This document shows positions 9,419 through 19,532 of a stretch of 64,000 nt of DNA, one piece after another. The DNA comes from Candidatus Marinacidobacterium sp. GTDB taxonomy: Bacteria; Acidobacteriota; Vicinamibacteria; Marinacidobacterales; Marinacidobacteraceae. The notes beneath the pieces were generated by a model. That model saw nothing but the letters and a program-made list of their open reading frames with translations. It was not told the DNA's origin and made no database searches. The translations under genes were made by a program, and so were the position numbers. Position 1 is the stretch's first letter; each line of letters begins with the position of its first letter. Location of the stretch: NCBI GenBank assembly GCA_965220965.1, contig OZ244852.1, positions 1,952,001 through 2,016,000 on the forward strand, written 5' to 3'.

Positions 9419-10108
9419 ATGGAAATCCACCACTACTCGTTCCTCACCCACTGGATCGAGGCGTGGTTCCACGTTCACCCGCCGGACCACATCGTCATGG
9501 CGGTGTTCGTGGCGCTCGTCCTGTCCGGCTTCGCGGTCTGGTTCCGTCGCCGCATCTCGGTCGACTCCCCCGGGCGTCTCCAGCTCGTGCTCGAGGGCCT
9601 GGTGGGAGGATTGCTGGGGCTGCTTCGCGACAACGTCGGCGCCCGGGGACGTCCGTTCCTGGGGCTCGTCGGGACCCTGGCGCTGTTCATCTGGGTGAGC
9701 AACCTGTTCGGGCTGGTGCCCTGGTTCAGTTCGCCCACGGTGAGCATCAACATGCCGGTGGGGTGCGCCGTGGTGGCGTTCCTCTACTACAACTGGCAGG
9801 GCATCCGGGCGCACGGGGCGCGGAAGTACTTCGCGCACTTCCTGGGACCGAACCCCTTCCTCGCGATCGTCATGCTGCCGGTCGAGATCATCAGCCACAT
9901 CAGCCGCGTCCTGTCGCTGTCGGTGCGGCTGTTCGGGAACATCTTCGGCGAAGAACTCGTGGTCGTCGTCCTCGCGTTCCTCGTCCCGTTCATCGTGCCG
10001 ATCCCGATGATGGCCTTCGGGGTCTTCGGGAGCACGCTGCAGGCCTTCGTGTTCACCATGCTGACAGTGATCTACCTCGGCGGCGCGGTCGCCGCAGAGG
10101 AGCACTGA
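9419..10108 (+). CDS. atpB: F-type ATP synthase Fo subunit a
   Basis: PGRLQ, SNLFGLVP, EIISHISRVLSLSVRLFGNIFG (essential Arg), LQAFVFTMLTVIY. Confidence 0.96.
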   Translation: MEIHHYSFLTHWIEAWFHVHPPDHIVMAVFVALVLSGFAVWFRRRISVDSPGRLQLVLEGLVGGLLGLLRDNVGARGRPFLGLVGTLALFIWVSNLFGLVPWFSSPTVSINMPVGCAVVAFLYYNWQGIRAHGARKYFAHFLGPNPFLAIVMLPVEIISHISRVLSLSVRLFGNIFGEELVVVVLAFLVPFIVPIPMMAFGVFGSTLQAFVFTMLTVIYLGGAVAAEEH

Positions 10109-10192
10109 CTTCCTGACGCCGGCCCGCCGGGCCGCTCCGATCCGGCGACGAACGCCGCGACGGACACCACTTCACCCAAGGAGAAACACACC

Positions 10193-10516
10193 GTGTCGAA
10201 CCGACCCCGGACCATCCTGCTGGCCGGCCTCGCTCTTCTCGCCGCCTCGCCCGCCTTCGCCCAGGCGGCGTGGGACCCCGTCGTCAGCAAGTGGGCGCTG
10301 ATCTCGGGCGCCGGGGCCATCGCCATCGCCGCCGCCCTCGGAGCGCTGGCCCAGGGCAAGGCGGTCGTGGGCGCCTGCGAGGGCCTCGCCCGCAACCCCG
10401 GCGCGGCGCCGCAGATCCGGTTCTCGCTGCTGCTGGGCCTCGTGCTGATCGAGTCGCTCGTCATCTACTCGTTCGTGACGGCGCTCATCATCTTCTTCGT
10501 TCTCTGGAACGGCTGA
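10193..10516 (+). CDS. atpE: F-type ATP synthase Fo subunit c with signal-peptide-like N-terminal extension
   Basis: QG...EGLARNP...LIESLVIY hairpin; AAGGAG RBS upstream of the GTG start. Confidence 0.95.
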   Translation: MSNRPRTILLAGLALLAASPAFAQAAWDPVVSKWALISGAGAIAIAAALGALAQGKAVVGACEGLARNPGAAPQIRFSLLLGLVLIESLVIYSFVTALIIFFVLWNG

Positions 10517-10542
10517 TCCAGCGAGTCCATCGTCTCCCCCGT

Positions 10543-10565
10543 CCCGCCGGCCTCGCGCCGGCGGG
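10543..10565 (+). other. GC-rich hairpin after atpE (possible terminator or stabiliser)
   Basis: CCCGCCGGC-ctcgc-GCCGGCGGG, 9-bp stem, no clear U tract. Confidence 0.35.
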
Positions 10566-10580
10566 GCGTCGGGAACTTCG

Positions 10581-11651
10581 TTGATTCGTCCCTTCCGCTG
10601 GGACCGGGCGGCGCGATCGCTCGCGCTGCTCGACCAGCGTCGCCTCCCGCATGAGGAGGTCTGGGTCGACTGCGGCGATCCGGCGGCCGTCGCCGACGCC
10701 ATCCGGTCGATGGTGGTGCGCGGAGCGCCGGCGATCGGCGTCGCCGCCGGCTACGGCGTGGTCACCGCGTTCGCCCGGCCCCTGCCCGGCGAGAGCCCGG
10801 AAGCGTGCTTCGAGCGGGCGCACGGCGCGCTCGAGGCGGCGCGCCCCACCGCGGCCAACCTGCGGGCGGCGCTCGACCGCATGCGGGTCCGGCTCGACGC
10901 CCTCGGAGCCCGAGCCATCGCCGACTGCCTCGAGCCGCTCGAAGACGAGGCGAACCGGATCGCGGAGGAGGACCTCGCCGCCAACCGCCGGCTGGGATCG
11001 CTGGGCGCCGGGCTGGTGGGAGGGGGCCGGGGCGCCGCGCGCATCCTCACCCACTGCAACACCGGATCGCTGGCCACGTCGGGCTACGGCACCGCGCTCG
11101 GCGTCGTGCGGGCGGTGGCCGCATCGGGGCGGCCCGTCGAGGTCTTCGCTCCGGAGACCCGTCCCTGGCTGCAGGGCGCCCGGCTCACCGCCTGGGAGCT
11201 GATCGCGGACCGGCTCCCGGTGACTCTCCTCACCGAGGGGGCCGTCGGCTCGCTGGTCGCTTCCGGCCGGCTGGACGCCGTCATCGTGGGCGCCGACCGC
11301 ATCGCCGCCAACGGGGACGCGGCCAACAAGATCGGGACCTACAACGCCGCCGTCCTGGCGGACCGCCACCGGGTCCCCTTCTTCGTGGCGGCGCCCTTCT
11401 CCACGGTCGACCTCGAGACCCCCACCGGAGCGGAGATCCCGATCGAGGAGCGCTCCGGCGACGAAGTCACCTCATTCCGGGGGACTCCGGTGGCCCCCGA
11501 GGGCGTCCGGGTGTGGAACCCGGCCTTCGACATCACCCCGGCGAAGCTGATCACCGCGATCATCACCGAGCGCGGGGTGGCCCGCCCCCCCTACGGACCG
11601 GCGCTCTCCCGGCTGCGATCTTCGGAAGCGGATCCGGCCGGAGGCCGATGA
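10581..11651 (+). CDS. mtnA: S-methyl-5-thioribose-1-phosphate isomerase
   Basis: LDQRRLP, MVVRGAPAIG, RPTAANL, LTHCNTGSLAT, ETRPWLQGARLTAWEL, GADRIAANGD, NPAFDITP. Confidence 0.96.
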   Translation: MIRPFRWDRAARSLALLDQRRLPHEEVWVDCGDPAAVADAIRSMVVRGAPAIGVAAGYGVVTAFARPLPGESPEACFERAHGALEAARPTAANLRAALDRMRVRLDALGARAIADCLEPLEDEANRIAEEDLAANRRLGSLGAGLVGGGRGAARILTHCNTGSLATSGYGTALGVVRAVAASGRPVEVFAPETRPWLQGARLTAWELIADRLPVTLLTEGAVGSLVASGRLDAVIVGADRIAANGDAANKIGTYNAAVLADRHRVPFFVAAPFSTVDLETPTGAEIPIEERSGDEVTSFRGTPVAPEGVRVWNPAFDITPAKLITAIITERGVARPPYGPALSRLRSSEADPAGGR

Positions 11652-11657
11652 TAAAAT
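11649..11657 (+). promoter_or_regulatory. Putative extended -10 promoter for korAB
   Basis: TG-A-TAAAAT overlapping the mtnA stop; a rare AT-rich hexamer in this sequence. Confidence 0.4.
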
Positions 11658-11846
11658 TCCGGGTCCGGCGTCGCGCGGCCGATCCCTCCGGAACTCCGGC
11701 GCGCGTCCTCTTCCGAGCGCCCGGTTCCAGACCGTTCGCGGATCCCCTTCGGAGCGGAATTCCAGGGGAAACCACCGCTCCCCGACTTCGCTGACTTCGA
11801 GGACGCCCGCCGGGGCGATCCCCGGGCCGCCTTCTCCCCCACTTCC

Positions 11847-13643
11847 ATGACCCAAGGCTTCGACTTCACCATCGCCATCGGAGGCGCCGCCGGGCAGGGC
11901 ATCGCCACGCCCGGCAACATCCTCGCCCGCACGTTCGTTCGTCGCGGCCTCCACCTGAACGCCTACAACGCCTATCAGTCCATCATCCGCGGCGGCCACA
12001 TCCTGCTCACGATGCGGATCCGCGACCGGGAGGCGCTCTCCCACGGAGATGGCCTGGACCTGCTGCTGTGCCTCAACCAGGACACGATGACGCGCCATCT
12101 GAGGCACCTGGGACCGGGCGCCTGCGCCATCTACAACTCCGACTCGGTCACCCCCGGCGAGGCGGCCGAAGGGGTCCAGCTCTGCGGCATGCCGGTCCAG
12201 GAGCTCACCGGGGACAACAAGAACCGGCTGGCGCAGAACACCGCGGCGCTGGGGGTCATGGTCCACCTCTTCGGCGTCGAGTTCGAGGTCCTGGAGTCCG
12301 CGCTGAAGCTGCAGTTCGGGCGGAAGGGCGAGGACGTCGTCTCCTCGAACGTGACGGTCGCGCGCGCCGCTTATGACTACTCCCGGGAGCACTTCACCCC
12401 GTTCCCGACGCCGCTGCCGAACAACCACGAGGAGCCCCTCGCGGTGTGGACCGGCAACGATGCGCTCGCGATGGGGGGCGCCGCCGCCGGCGTGAAGTTC
12501 TACTGCGCCTACCCCATGAGCCCCTCGACCGGGGTCCTCCACTGGATGGCGAAGAACGCCCGCGAACTCGGGATCATGGTCCGGCAGGTCGAGGACGAGA
12601 TCGGCGTCGCCAACATGGCGATCGGCGCCGCCCACACCGGAGTGCGCGCCATGTGCGCCACCTCCGGCGGCGGGTTCGCCCTGATGACGGAAGCGGTGGG
12701 TTCCGCCGCCATGATGGAGATCCCCGTCGTGTTCATCAACGTGATGCGGGCGGGTCCCTCCACCGGCGTTCCCACGAAGACCGAACAGGGCGACCTCTGG
12801 CAGGCGCTCGGCGCCAGCCAGGGAGACTTCGAGCGCTTCCTCGTCGCGCCGCAGAGCGCCGAGGACGCCTTCCACACGATCGGCGAGGTGTTCAACCTGG
12901 CGGACCGCTACCAGTGTCCCGCGATCGTGCTCTCCGACCTGCTCATCTCCGAGGGGACGTTCAGCGTTCCGCCGAAGTCTCTCGAGATGTTCCCGCCGAT
13001 CGAGCGCGGCAAGCTGATCCAGGACGCTGACGGAAACGGCGCGAACGGGACCTACAACCGGTACCTCGACACCGAGGACGGCGTCTCGCCCCGCGCGGTG
13101 CCCGGCGTGCCCGGCCACGTCCACGTCGTCGCCACCGACGAGCACGACGAGGAGGGGATCCTGATCTCGGACGAGTTCACGAACCCGATCAAGCGCCGAC
13201 AGATGGTGGAGAAGCGCGCCCGGAAGCTCCAGGACGTCCTGACGAGGGTTCCCCCGCCGGAGCTCGAGGGCGACGAGGACGCCGAGGTGACCCTGGTGGG
13301 CTGGGGGTCCACCTGGGGCGTCATCGGCGAGGCGCTCGAACAGCTCGCCGACCGCGGAGTCCGGGCCAACCGGATCGCGGTGAAGTGGATCCTCCCCTTC
13401 CACGCCGAGGCGATGACCTCGCTGCTTTCCGGCGCGAAGAAGACGATCCTGGTCGAGAACAACCACTCGGGCCAGTTCGCCCGCTTCCTCCGGAGCGAAA
13501 CCGGATTCGTCCCCGACGGGCACATCCGGAAGTACGACGGCGAGCCCTTCATGCCGCATCACATCGTGGACGGCGTGCTCGCCCACCAGGCCGGATCGGT
13601 CCCGGGCGGAGTCTTCGTGCCCGACCAGGAAATCATCGTCTGA
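11847..13643 (+). CDS. korA: 2-oxoacid:ferredoxin oxidoreductase alpha subunit (gamma-alpha fusion type)
   Basis: GGAAGQG, YQSIIRGGH, AYPMSPST, QVEDEI, ATSGGGFALMTE, RAGPSTGVPTKTEQGD, GWGST, VENN. Substrate not determinable. Confidence 0.92.
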   Translation: MTQGFDFTIAIGGAAGQGIATPGNILARTFVRRGLHLNAYNAYQSIIRGGHILLTMRIRDREALSHGDGLDLLLCLNQDTMTRHLRHLGPGACAIYNSDSVTPGEAAEGVQLCGMPVQELTGDNKNRLAQNTAALGVMVHLFGVEFEVLESALKLQFGRKGEDVVSSNVTVARAAYDYSREHFTPFPTPLPNNHEEPLAVWTGNDALAMGGAAAGVKFYCAYPMSPSTGVLHWMAKNARELGIMVRQVEDEIGVANMAIGAAHTGVRAMCATSGGGFALMTEAVGSAAMMEIPVVFINVMRAGPSTGVPTKTEQGDLWQALGASQGDFERFLVAPQSAEDAFHTIGEVFNLADRYQCPAIVLSDLLISEGTFSVPPKSLEMFPPIERGKLIQDADGNGANGTYNRYLDTEDGVSPRAVPGVPGHVHVVATDEHDEEGILISDEFTNPIKRRQMVEKRARKLQDVLTRVPPPELEGDEDAEVTLVGWGSTWGVIGEALEQLADRGVRANRIAVKWILPFHAEAMTSLLSGAKKTILVENNHSGQFARFLRSETGFVPDGHIRKYDGEPFMPHHIVDGVLAHQAGSVPGGVFVPDQEIIV

Positions 13644-13686
13644 CCGGTTTTCCCCCGCCGCGCCACACACTCTCACAGGAGAATCC

Positions 13687-14583
13687 ATGACCGTCGAGCT
13701 CAGGCAAAAGCCCCTCACCGCCAAGGACTTCAAGGGCAAGGTCGAGCCCGACTGGTGTCCGGGGTGCGGTGACTTCGCGCTCCTGCGCGCGACGCAGATG
13801 TCCGTGGCGCAGCTCGGACTCCAGCCGCACGACATCGTGTGCGTGAGCGGCATCGGCTGCTCCTCGAACTTCCCCGGGTTCTTCGGGACCTACGGGATGC
13901 ACACCCTGCACGGCCGCGCGCTCGCGGTGGCGACCGGCGTGAAGATGGCGAACCAGAACCTCCAGGTCCTGGTCACCGGCGGCGACGGCGACGGCTACGG
14001 CATCGGCGGGAACCACTTCACCCACACCGCCCGCCGCAACGTGGACCTGACCTATCTGGTCATGAACAACCAGATCTACGGGCTGACCACCGGCCAGGTG
14101 TCTCCCAGCAGCAGCGTGGGGATGAAGACCAAGAGCACGCCGTACGGCAACATCGAGCGGCCGATCAACCCGATCACCTCCGCGATCATGAACGGGGCGA
14201 CCTATGTGGCGCGCGGGTTCTCGGGCAACATCAAGCAACTCGTGACGCTGATCAAGGGCGCGATCACCCACCCCGGGTTCGCGGTGATCGACGTGTTCAG
14301 CCCCTGCGTCACCTTCAACCGGGACAACACCTACGACTTCTTCCGCTCCCGCATCGTTCCGCTCGAAGACGAGGAGCACGACGCTTCGGACTGGAAGAGC
14401 GCCTGCGAGCGGGCCCTCGAGTGGGGCGAGCGGATCTACACCGGCCTGTTCTACCAGGACCCGGCGACCGCGCCGCTCCACGCCCTCGAGCCGATCCTCG
14501 ACGACGACGCCCCCCCGGTGTGCCGGGTTCCCGAGCCGCTGACCGAGGAGCAGGCGAACCGCATCCTCCAGCGGATGATGTAG
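13687..14583 (+). CDS. korB: 2-oxoacid:ferredoxin oxidoreductase beta subunit
   Basis: WCPGCGDF, SGIGCSS, HTLHGR, TPP motif GGDGDG...MNNQIYGLTTGQ, SPCVTFN. Confidence 0.93.
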   Translation: MTVELRQKPLTAKDFKGKVEPDWCPGCGDFALLRATQMSVAQLGLQPHDIVCVSGIGCSSNFPGFFGTYGMHTLHGRALAVATGVKMANQNLQVLVTGGDGDGYGIGGNHFTHTARRNVDLTYLVMNNQIYGLTTGQVSPSSSVGMKTKSTPYGNIERPINPITSAIMNGATYVARGFSGNIKQLVTLIKGAITHPGFAVIDVFSPCVTFNRDNTYDFFRSRIVPLEDEEHDASDWKSACERALEWGERIYTGLFYQDPATAPLHALEPILDDDAPPVCRVPEPLTEEQANRILQRMM

Positions 14584-14622
14584 GCGCTCGCCCCGCCTGC
14601 GACCCGTGGGAAAGGGGGCGTA

Positions 14623-15642
14623 ATGGCGTCGGGCGCGGGGCCGCCTGACGCTTCCGGGATGGCGACGGACGCCGCGCCTCCCCCGGACCTCTCGCTCCGG
14701 CCCCGCTTCGGCCTCGCCGAGGCGGCGCTCACCGGCGTGGTGCTCATCTGGGCCGCCAACTTCAGCCTCGTGAAGTTCGGCGTCGACATGGGGGCCCCTT
14801 CGGCGTTCTACCTGGTGCGCATGGCGGGCGCGCTGGCCGTCCTGCTCCCGCTCCGGGCGCTGACCCGGCGAAGGTCCACGCGAGGAACGGGGGAGCGGCG
14901 TCCGGCGTTCGATCGTCGGGACCTGCCGGGGCTCCTGTTCGCGGCGTTCACCGGGCACGCCCTCTTCCAGATCGGCTACATCCACGGCACGGATCTGTCG
15001 TCGGCGACCAGCGCCGCGCTGATCCTCGGGCTGACGCCGGTCGCCATCGCCGTCATCGCGTGGGTGACCCGCACCGAGGCGTTTTCCCGCCCGGCCGCGT
15101 TCGGCCTGGCGCTCTCGGTGGCGGGGGTCGCGCTCGTTTCGGGAACCGAGGTGGGCGCCGCAGCGCATCTGGGCAACGCCGGGCTCGCGATGGCCATGCT
15201 GGCCTGGGCGGTCTACACCGTCCGCTCGGCGCCGCTCGTCCGGAAGTACGGGCCCCTCCGCGTCACGACCTGGTGCTGCGCCCTCGGGATGGGCATGCTC
15301 CTCATCCCGGCGCCCTTCTCGGTGTCCGCGGCCGATTTCCTGATGATGCCGTCCGCCTGGTGGGCGACCGCGCTGGTGTCGGGCGGAGGAGCGATCACCG
15401 CGGCGCACCTGCTGTGGGGGTTCGCCACGGTGCGCCTCGGCCCGACGCTGACCGGGATTTTCTCGAACCTCACCCCCCTGCCCGCGCTGGCGCTCTCCGC
15501 TCTCTGGCTCGGGGAGCCGCTCGGAGCGGCGCGGGTCGCCGGGGCCGTGCTGATCGTGGCCGGCGTCGCGGTGGCGCGGACCCGGCGCCGTTGGTCCGGC
15601 GGGGGTTTTCCCCGTAGAATGACGGATCGCGCCACCGCGTGA
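14623..15642 (+). CDS. DMT/EamA family transporter
   Basis: About 10 hydrophobic segments; IWAANF, WAVYTV, NLTP, LGEPL motifs. Confidence 0.85.
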   Translation: MASGAGPPDASGMATDAAPPPDLSLRPRFGLAEAALTGVVLIWAANFSLVKFGVDMGAPSAFYLVRMAGALAVLLPLRALTRRRSTRGTGERRPAFDRRDLPGLLFAAFTGHALFQIGYIHGTDLSSATSAALILGLTPVAIAVIAWVTRTEAFSRPAAFGLALSVAGVALVSGTEVGAAAHLGNAGLAMAMLAWAVYTVRSAPLVRKYGPLRVTTWCCALGMGMLLIPAPFSVSAADFLMMPSAWWATALVSGGGAITAAHLLWGFATVRLGPTLTGIFSNLTPLPALALSALWLGEPLGAARVAGAVLIVAGVAVARTRRRWSGGGFPRRMTDRATA

Positions 15643-15674
15643 AACAGCGCCCAAACCCTCGGAGCCACCTCGAA

Positions 15675-16553
15675 ATGCCCACCGAATTCCGTCTCAAGAC
15701 CGGCCTCGCCGACATGCTCAAGGGCGGCGTCATCATGGACGTGACAAACGCCGAGCAGGCGCGGATCGCCGAGGAGGCCGGCGCGGTCAGCGTCATGGCG
15801 CTCGAGCGGGTGCCCGCCGACATCCGGCGCGACGGCGGCGTGGCGCGCATGTCCTCGCCGCAGAAGATCCAGGAGATCCAGGAGGCGGTGAACATCCCGG
15901 TGATGGCGAAGGTCCGCATCGGGCACTTCGCCGAAGCGCAGATCCTCGAGGCCATGAAGGTGGACTTCGTGGACGAGAGCGAGGTCCTGACCCCGGCCGA
16001 TGACGCGAACCACATCGACAAGCACGCGTTCACCGTGCCGTTCGTGTGCGGATGCCGGAACCTCGGCGAGGCGCTTCGCCGGATCGGCGAAGGAGCGGCG
16101 CTCATCCGGACCAAGGGCGAGGCGGGCTCGGGAGACATCGTGGAGGCGGTTCGCCACCTTCGCAGGATCCGCTCCCAGCTCCGGCGGCTGAGCGTCATGG
16201 ACGACGACGAGCTGATGGCGGAAGCCAAGGAACTGCGGGCCCCCTTCGAGGTCGTCCGCCAGGTCGCGCGCGAGGGACAGCTTCCGGTGCCCAACTTCGC
16301 CGCCGGCGGCATCGCGACGCCAGCGGACGCCGCGCTCTGCATGCAGCTCGGCGCTGAGTCGGTGTTCGTGGGTTCGGGGATCTTCAAGTCGGAGGATCCG
16401 CCGCCCCGGGCGCGCGCCATCGTGAAAGCGGTGACCCACTACCAGGATCCGGCCGCGCTGGCGCAGATCTCGATGGAGCTCGGAGAGGCGATGCGCGGAA
16501 TCGACACCGCGAGCATGCCCGAGGCGGAACTCCTCCAGATCCGGGGCAACTGA
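15675..16553 (+). CDS. pdxS: Pyridoxal 5'-phosphate synthase lyase subunit
   Basis: [57 protein letters not shown]. Confidence 0.98.
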   Translation: MPTEFRLKTGLADMLKGGVIMDVTNAEQARIAEEAGAVSVMALERVPADIRRDGGVARMSSPQKIQEIQEAVNIPVMAKVRIGHFAEAQILEAMKVDFVDESEVLTPADDANHIDKHAFTVPFVCGCRNLGEALRRIGEGAALIRTKGEAGSGDIVEAVRHLRRIRSQLRRLSVMDDDELMAEAKELRAPFEVVRQVAREGQLPVPNFAAGGIATPADAALCMQLGAESVFVGSGIFKSEDPPPRARAIVKAVTHYQDPAALAQISMELGEAMRGIDTASMPEAELLQIRGN

Positions 16554-16590
16554 CGAGCCCTCCGCCGCCGGCCACGACCGGCGGCGCCCG

Positions 16591-17241
16591 ATGACCACCG
16601 CCCAGCGCGCCGGGACCCGTCCCGGACCCCCGCCCGGGGATCCTTCGGTCCGGATCGGCGTGCTGGCGCTCCAGGGCAGCTTTTCGCTCCATGCGGAGAG
16701 GCTGAACCGGCTCGGCATCCAGCCTGTCGAGGTTCGCCGGGCGGGCGCGCTCGAGGAGCTGGACGGCCTCATCATCCCCGGCGGCGAGAGCTCGACGATG
16801 CTCAAGTTCCTCCATGAAGAGGATCTGCTCGAGCCCCTGCTGGCCTTCCACCGCGGGGGAGGCGTGATTTACGGCACCTGCGCCGGAGCCATCCTGCTGG
16901 CCACCGAGGTCGAAAACCCGGCGCAGGACTCGCTCGCGCTGCTCGACATCGGGATCCGCCGGAACGGGTACGGGCGTCAGGTCGACAGCCATGTCGCCGA
17001 GGTGGAGTGCCCCACGCTCGGCGAGCCGGCGCTTACGGTCGTCATGATCCGGGCGCCGGTCATCACCCGCGCCGGGGGCGGGGTGGAAGTCCTGGCGACC
17101 CACCGGGGCCAGCCGGTGTTCGTGCGCCAGGGACGCATCCTGGCCACGACGTTCCATCCCGAGCTGACCGAGGACCTTCGGGTCCACGCCTGGTTCAGCC
17201 GTCTGGTCGCGGACGAGGCGTCAGAAAGGAACGGAAAGTAG
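16591..17241 (+). CDS. pdxT: PLP synthase glutaminase subunit
   Basis: GVLALQG, PGGESST, GTCAG, RNGYGRQVDS, FHPEL. Confidence 0.97.
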   Translation: MTTAQRAGTRPGPPPGDPSVRIGVLALQGSFSLHAERLNRLGIQPVEVRRAGALEELDGLIIPGGESSTMLKFLHEEDLLEPLLAFHRGGGVIYGTCAGAILLATEVENPAQDSLALLDIGIRRNGYGRQVDSHVAEVECPTLGEPALTVVMIRAPVITRAGGGVEVLATHRGQPVFVRQGRILATTFHPELTEDLRVHAWFSRLVADEASERNGK

Positions 17242-17430
17242 GCGTCAGGAAAGTAGGCTTCAGGGAACCGATTCCCGCTCCGGCGCGTTTCCGTTACCGG
17301 AGCCGTTCCCGGTTCGGGGGGGGTGGCGCGACGCGCTCCCGCCCGGTCCGGCCGAGGGCGAACGCCGCAGAAGGATCCCCCAGGAGGATCCATTCCGCCG
17401 GCGCCTCGGAAAGCGCGGCCACCTGAACTG

Positions 17431-18879
17431 ATGACGCAGGCCGCGGCGCTGGTCCCCCGGACACCTTCGGAGGAGAGCCGCGACCGAGGCGCCGGCGGGC
17501 GAGAGCGCATCGTCGTCGTCGGCGCGGGCCCCGCGGCGCAGGACGCGGCGCGGCTGCTGGACGGCGCCCCGTGGCGGGTGCTACGGACGCCGACGCCCCC
17601 CGGCGGGCGACCCGCCGAAGAGCTGGACGGAGCCTCGGTCATCGTGCTGGACGCGGCGTCCGGGGATGGATCCGGGGACGGAGAGGACGCCGCGCAGGTC
17701 TTCCAGCGGATCGCCGCCGCGGCGCCTCGCGCCGCCCTCCTCGTCCTGGCGAATCCCGAGGCGCCGTGGCCGGGCTTCGAGGCGCTCCCCCCGCCGCGCC
17801 CGCGGGTGGTCCCGGTTCCGCTGACGCGGGAGACCCTCCTCGGCGCGCTGGACGCCGCCCTCGTCTACCGGAATCTGCTCGAGGAGAACCGCGTCCTGCG
17901 CCGCGAACTGCGCGCCGCGACCCGGCTCGAGGCGTGGGTCGGCTGCTCGGCGGAGGCCGCCGCGGTGCGGGGCGCGATCACCACGGCGGCGTTCTCCGAG
18001 GGCCCGGTGCGGATTCTGGGCGAACCGGGGGCCGGCCGCCGACTGGCCGCCGAACTCGTCCACCGCCTCTCGCGCCGGTCATCGCAGGCCTTCGTCCCGT
18101 TCACCGGCGCCGGCGTCCCGCGCGGCGAACTCGGCCCGGTTCTGGCTGACATCCGCCGCGCGGCGGAGGATGCCGACCGCGGCGCCGGGACCGCCGGCCT
18201 GCCCGCGCTGCTGCGGGGTCGTCCCGGCAGCGTCTACGTGAGCGGGGCGGACGAGCTCGCGCCCACCGACCAGGCGGTGCTCGAGGATGCGCTCCGTCGT
18301 CCGCAGCCGTTCCGGCTCCTGGCGTCGTTCGACCCGGCGTCCCGGGCCGCCGGCGACCGCGCCTCCCAGCCGCTGCGCGGCGGGCGGCCGGAGGCCTTCA
18401 CCATCCGGATCGCGCCGCTCCGCGCGCGCCGCGAGGACGTCCCGGCGCTCACCCTGCATTTCCTGTCCGCCGCCTGCCGGGATGCGGGGGTGGGACCGTG
18501 GGGCGTTTCGCAGGCCACGATGGAGGCGTACGCCGCCCACCACTGGCCAGGGAACGCCGCGGAGCTGAGGATGTGGGTGGAGAGGGCGGTCGCCACCGCG
18601 GCGGTGTGCCGGTTCGAGGGGTCGGTGCTGCCCGACGGGGTCTGCTCCCCACCCGACGGCCCGCTCCCCGCCCCCTCCGGCGTCGGATCGAAGCCCCTCA
18701 AGGCGGTGCTCGCCCGCATCGAGCGCTCGATCATCGAGCGGACGCTGCGGAGAGCGGGCGGCAACCAGAAGCGGACCGCGGCGCTCCTGCAGGTGAACCC
18801 GACGACCCTCCACGAGAAGATGAAGCGCCACGGCCTGCTCCGCGCCCCGAAGCGCCGCGACCCGGCGCCGGACGAGTAG
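17431..18879 (+). CDS. Degenerate NtrC/AtoC-like regulator (receiver-like, eroded AAA+, Fis HTH)
   Basis: ENRVLRREL linker, ILGEPGAGR, PLRARREDV, WPGNAAEL, GNQKRTAALLQVNPTTLHEKMKR. No GAFTGA. Start uncertain. Confidence 0.8.
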   Translation: MTQAAALVPRTPSEESRDRGAGGRERIVVVGAGPAAQDAARLLDGAPWRVLRTPTPPGGRPAEELDGASVIVLDAASGDGSGDGEDAAQVFQRIAAAAPRAALLVLANPEAPWPGFEALPPPRPRVVPVPLTRETLLGALDAALVYRNLLEENRVLRRELRAATRLEAWVGCSAEAAAVRGAITTAAFSEGPVRILGEPGAGRRLAAELVHRLSRRSSQAFVPFTGAGVPRGELGPVLADIRRAAEDADRGAGTAGLPALLRGRPGSVYVSGADELAPTDQAVLEDALRRPQPFRLLASFDPASRAAGDRASQPLRGGRPEAFTIRIAPLRARREDVPALTLHFLSAACRDAGVGPWGVSQATMEAYAAHHWPGNAAELRMWVERAVATAAVCRFEGSVLPDGVCSPPDGPLPAPSGVGSKPLKAVLARIERSIIERTLRRAGGNQKRTAALLQVNPTTLHEKMKRHGLLRAPKRRDPAPDE

Positions 18880-18893
18880 CGTCCGTACGCGAG

Positions 18894-18921
18894 AAAAGCC
18901 CGGCGCCGCGAGGCGCCGGGC
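18894..18921 (-). terminator. Intrinsic terminator of pal
   Basis: 10-bp stem GCCCGGCGCC-gcga-GGCGCCGGGC with a TTTT tail on the minus strand, between convergent genes. Confidence 0.75.
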
Positions 18922-18965
18922 CGTTCCCTGCGGCCTCAGGCCGCTGTCAGCACGTTGTCAGCGAA

Positions 18966-19532
<567 letters not shown>

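Noticed and set aside
8570-10516. N-ATPase operon
   Set aside because: The atpDC-Q-R-B-E-F-A-G order is absent; the arrangement fits a split F-type operon
17233-17264. CRISPR-like repeat
   Set aside because: Only two 15-bp abutting units with no spacers or cas genes
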